A stretch of DNA of 64,000 nt from contig OZ244960.1 in assembly GCA_965222605.1 (NCBI GenBank), positions 2,336,001 through 2,400,000 on the forward strand, written 5' to 3'. Shown here one piece after another: positions 63,389 through 64,000 of the stretch. A model generated the notes under the pieces. The model was not told where the DNA came from. It ran no database searches and saw nothing but the letters and a program-made list of their open reading frames with translations. The stretch is from Candidatus Latescibacterota bacterium. Its GTDB lineage: Bacteria > Latescibacterota > UBA2968. Both the position numbers and the translations under genes were made by a program. The stretch's first letter is position 1. Each line of letters starts with the position of its first letter.

Positions 63389-64000
63389 TCATCTGAGAAG
63401 CATGAAGGTTGACAGGGGCATGCTAACAATTCGGGGATCGTCAACTTCTTCAGAATTGTCCTGTGTGATCAGCAGGCCAAAAGCGGCGTTGTTCACTGAT
63501 TTTTCGAGAAATGACCGAATGCCCAGCGTATCCCGTAAGGGATCTATCCTGCGTTGATATTTGATTTCTATCGGCACGCGTTGAGCGCCGACGGTCAAAA
63601 CAAAATCCACTTCACGGTCTGTTCCTCGTTCGGGGAAATGGGCGATGTCCAATCCGTGAATCGTCGAGGCAGTTGCGCCGAAAATACTCTCTGCGAGATG
63701 CCCGGCTATTGTGGTGAGTTCAGGACGCTCTGTCAGAGCTTCCGACGTCAATGGAATCTGCTCTTGAAGCCAACTGGCTCGCAAGCCGTGATCAACCAGA
63801 CAAAGTTTGGAACTCCCTCTCTTTCTTTTGAGCCGTAATTCAAGCGGAGGAATCAATCGAAGCAGAAGTGTCTCACCGAGAAATCTCAAATAGTGCGTCA
63901 CGCGCTGGCTGCCGATATTTGCGCCAAGCGATAGGCGCGCCTCGTCCGCAAGCATTGAAACCGTCGGCGTCTGCCCAGCGTAGCGACAAGTCAGGCGAAA
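63389..64000 (-). CDS. AAA+ ATPase with DUF4143 domain (3' part; start lies beyond the window)
   Basis: KLCLVDHGL, GHLAES, EVDFV, PIEIKY. Confidence 0.8.
   Translation of the reverse strand, partial: FRLTCRYAGQTPTVSMLADEARLSLGANIGSQRVTHYLRFLGETLLLRLIPPLELRLKRKRGSSKLCLVDHGLRASWLQEQIPLTSEALTERPELTTIAGHLAESIFGATASTIHGLDIAHFPERGTDREVDFVLTVGAQRVPIEIKYQRRIDPLRDTLGIRSFLEKSVNNAAFGLLITQDNSEEVDDPRIVSMPLSTFMLLR

Overview
Bacterial chromosomal window of moderate GC. Housekeeping genes (icd, murA, rlmN, CCA-adding enzyme, clpP, helD, larC) are mixed with an oligopeptide-type ABC importer, a glycosaminoglycan/fucose degradation set (PL8 lyase, sulfatase, GH95) and several accessory islands. The most unusual region is 1-7180 (minus strand, running off the left edge). 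It contains a sigma54-type promoter, an atypical REC-AraC regulator, HlyD, an ABC exporter without a peptidase domain, and a 131-aa acidic precursor-like protein with a basic leader ending VEAY-EGE and a C-terminus VQAYGE. That protein is flanked by two pairs of duplicated CxxC-x18-21-CxxC membrane proteins and followed by a subtilisin (S8) fused to a Rossmann/P-loop domain, which the ORF track misses. Together this looks like an undescribed RiPP/bacteriocin-type system. Other points of interest: an AbiEii toxin fused to WYL and a Zn-finger, a BpsA plus DUF2156 pair, a candidate sRNA, a repeat-flanked GxxExxY gene, a papain-fold three-gene module, a HEPN-like/solenoid giant protein, an intact TnpB element, a decayed IS3 and a GC-rich oxalate-activation pair. 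All family names were assigned by eye from motifs; no database searches were run.
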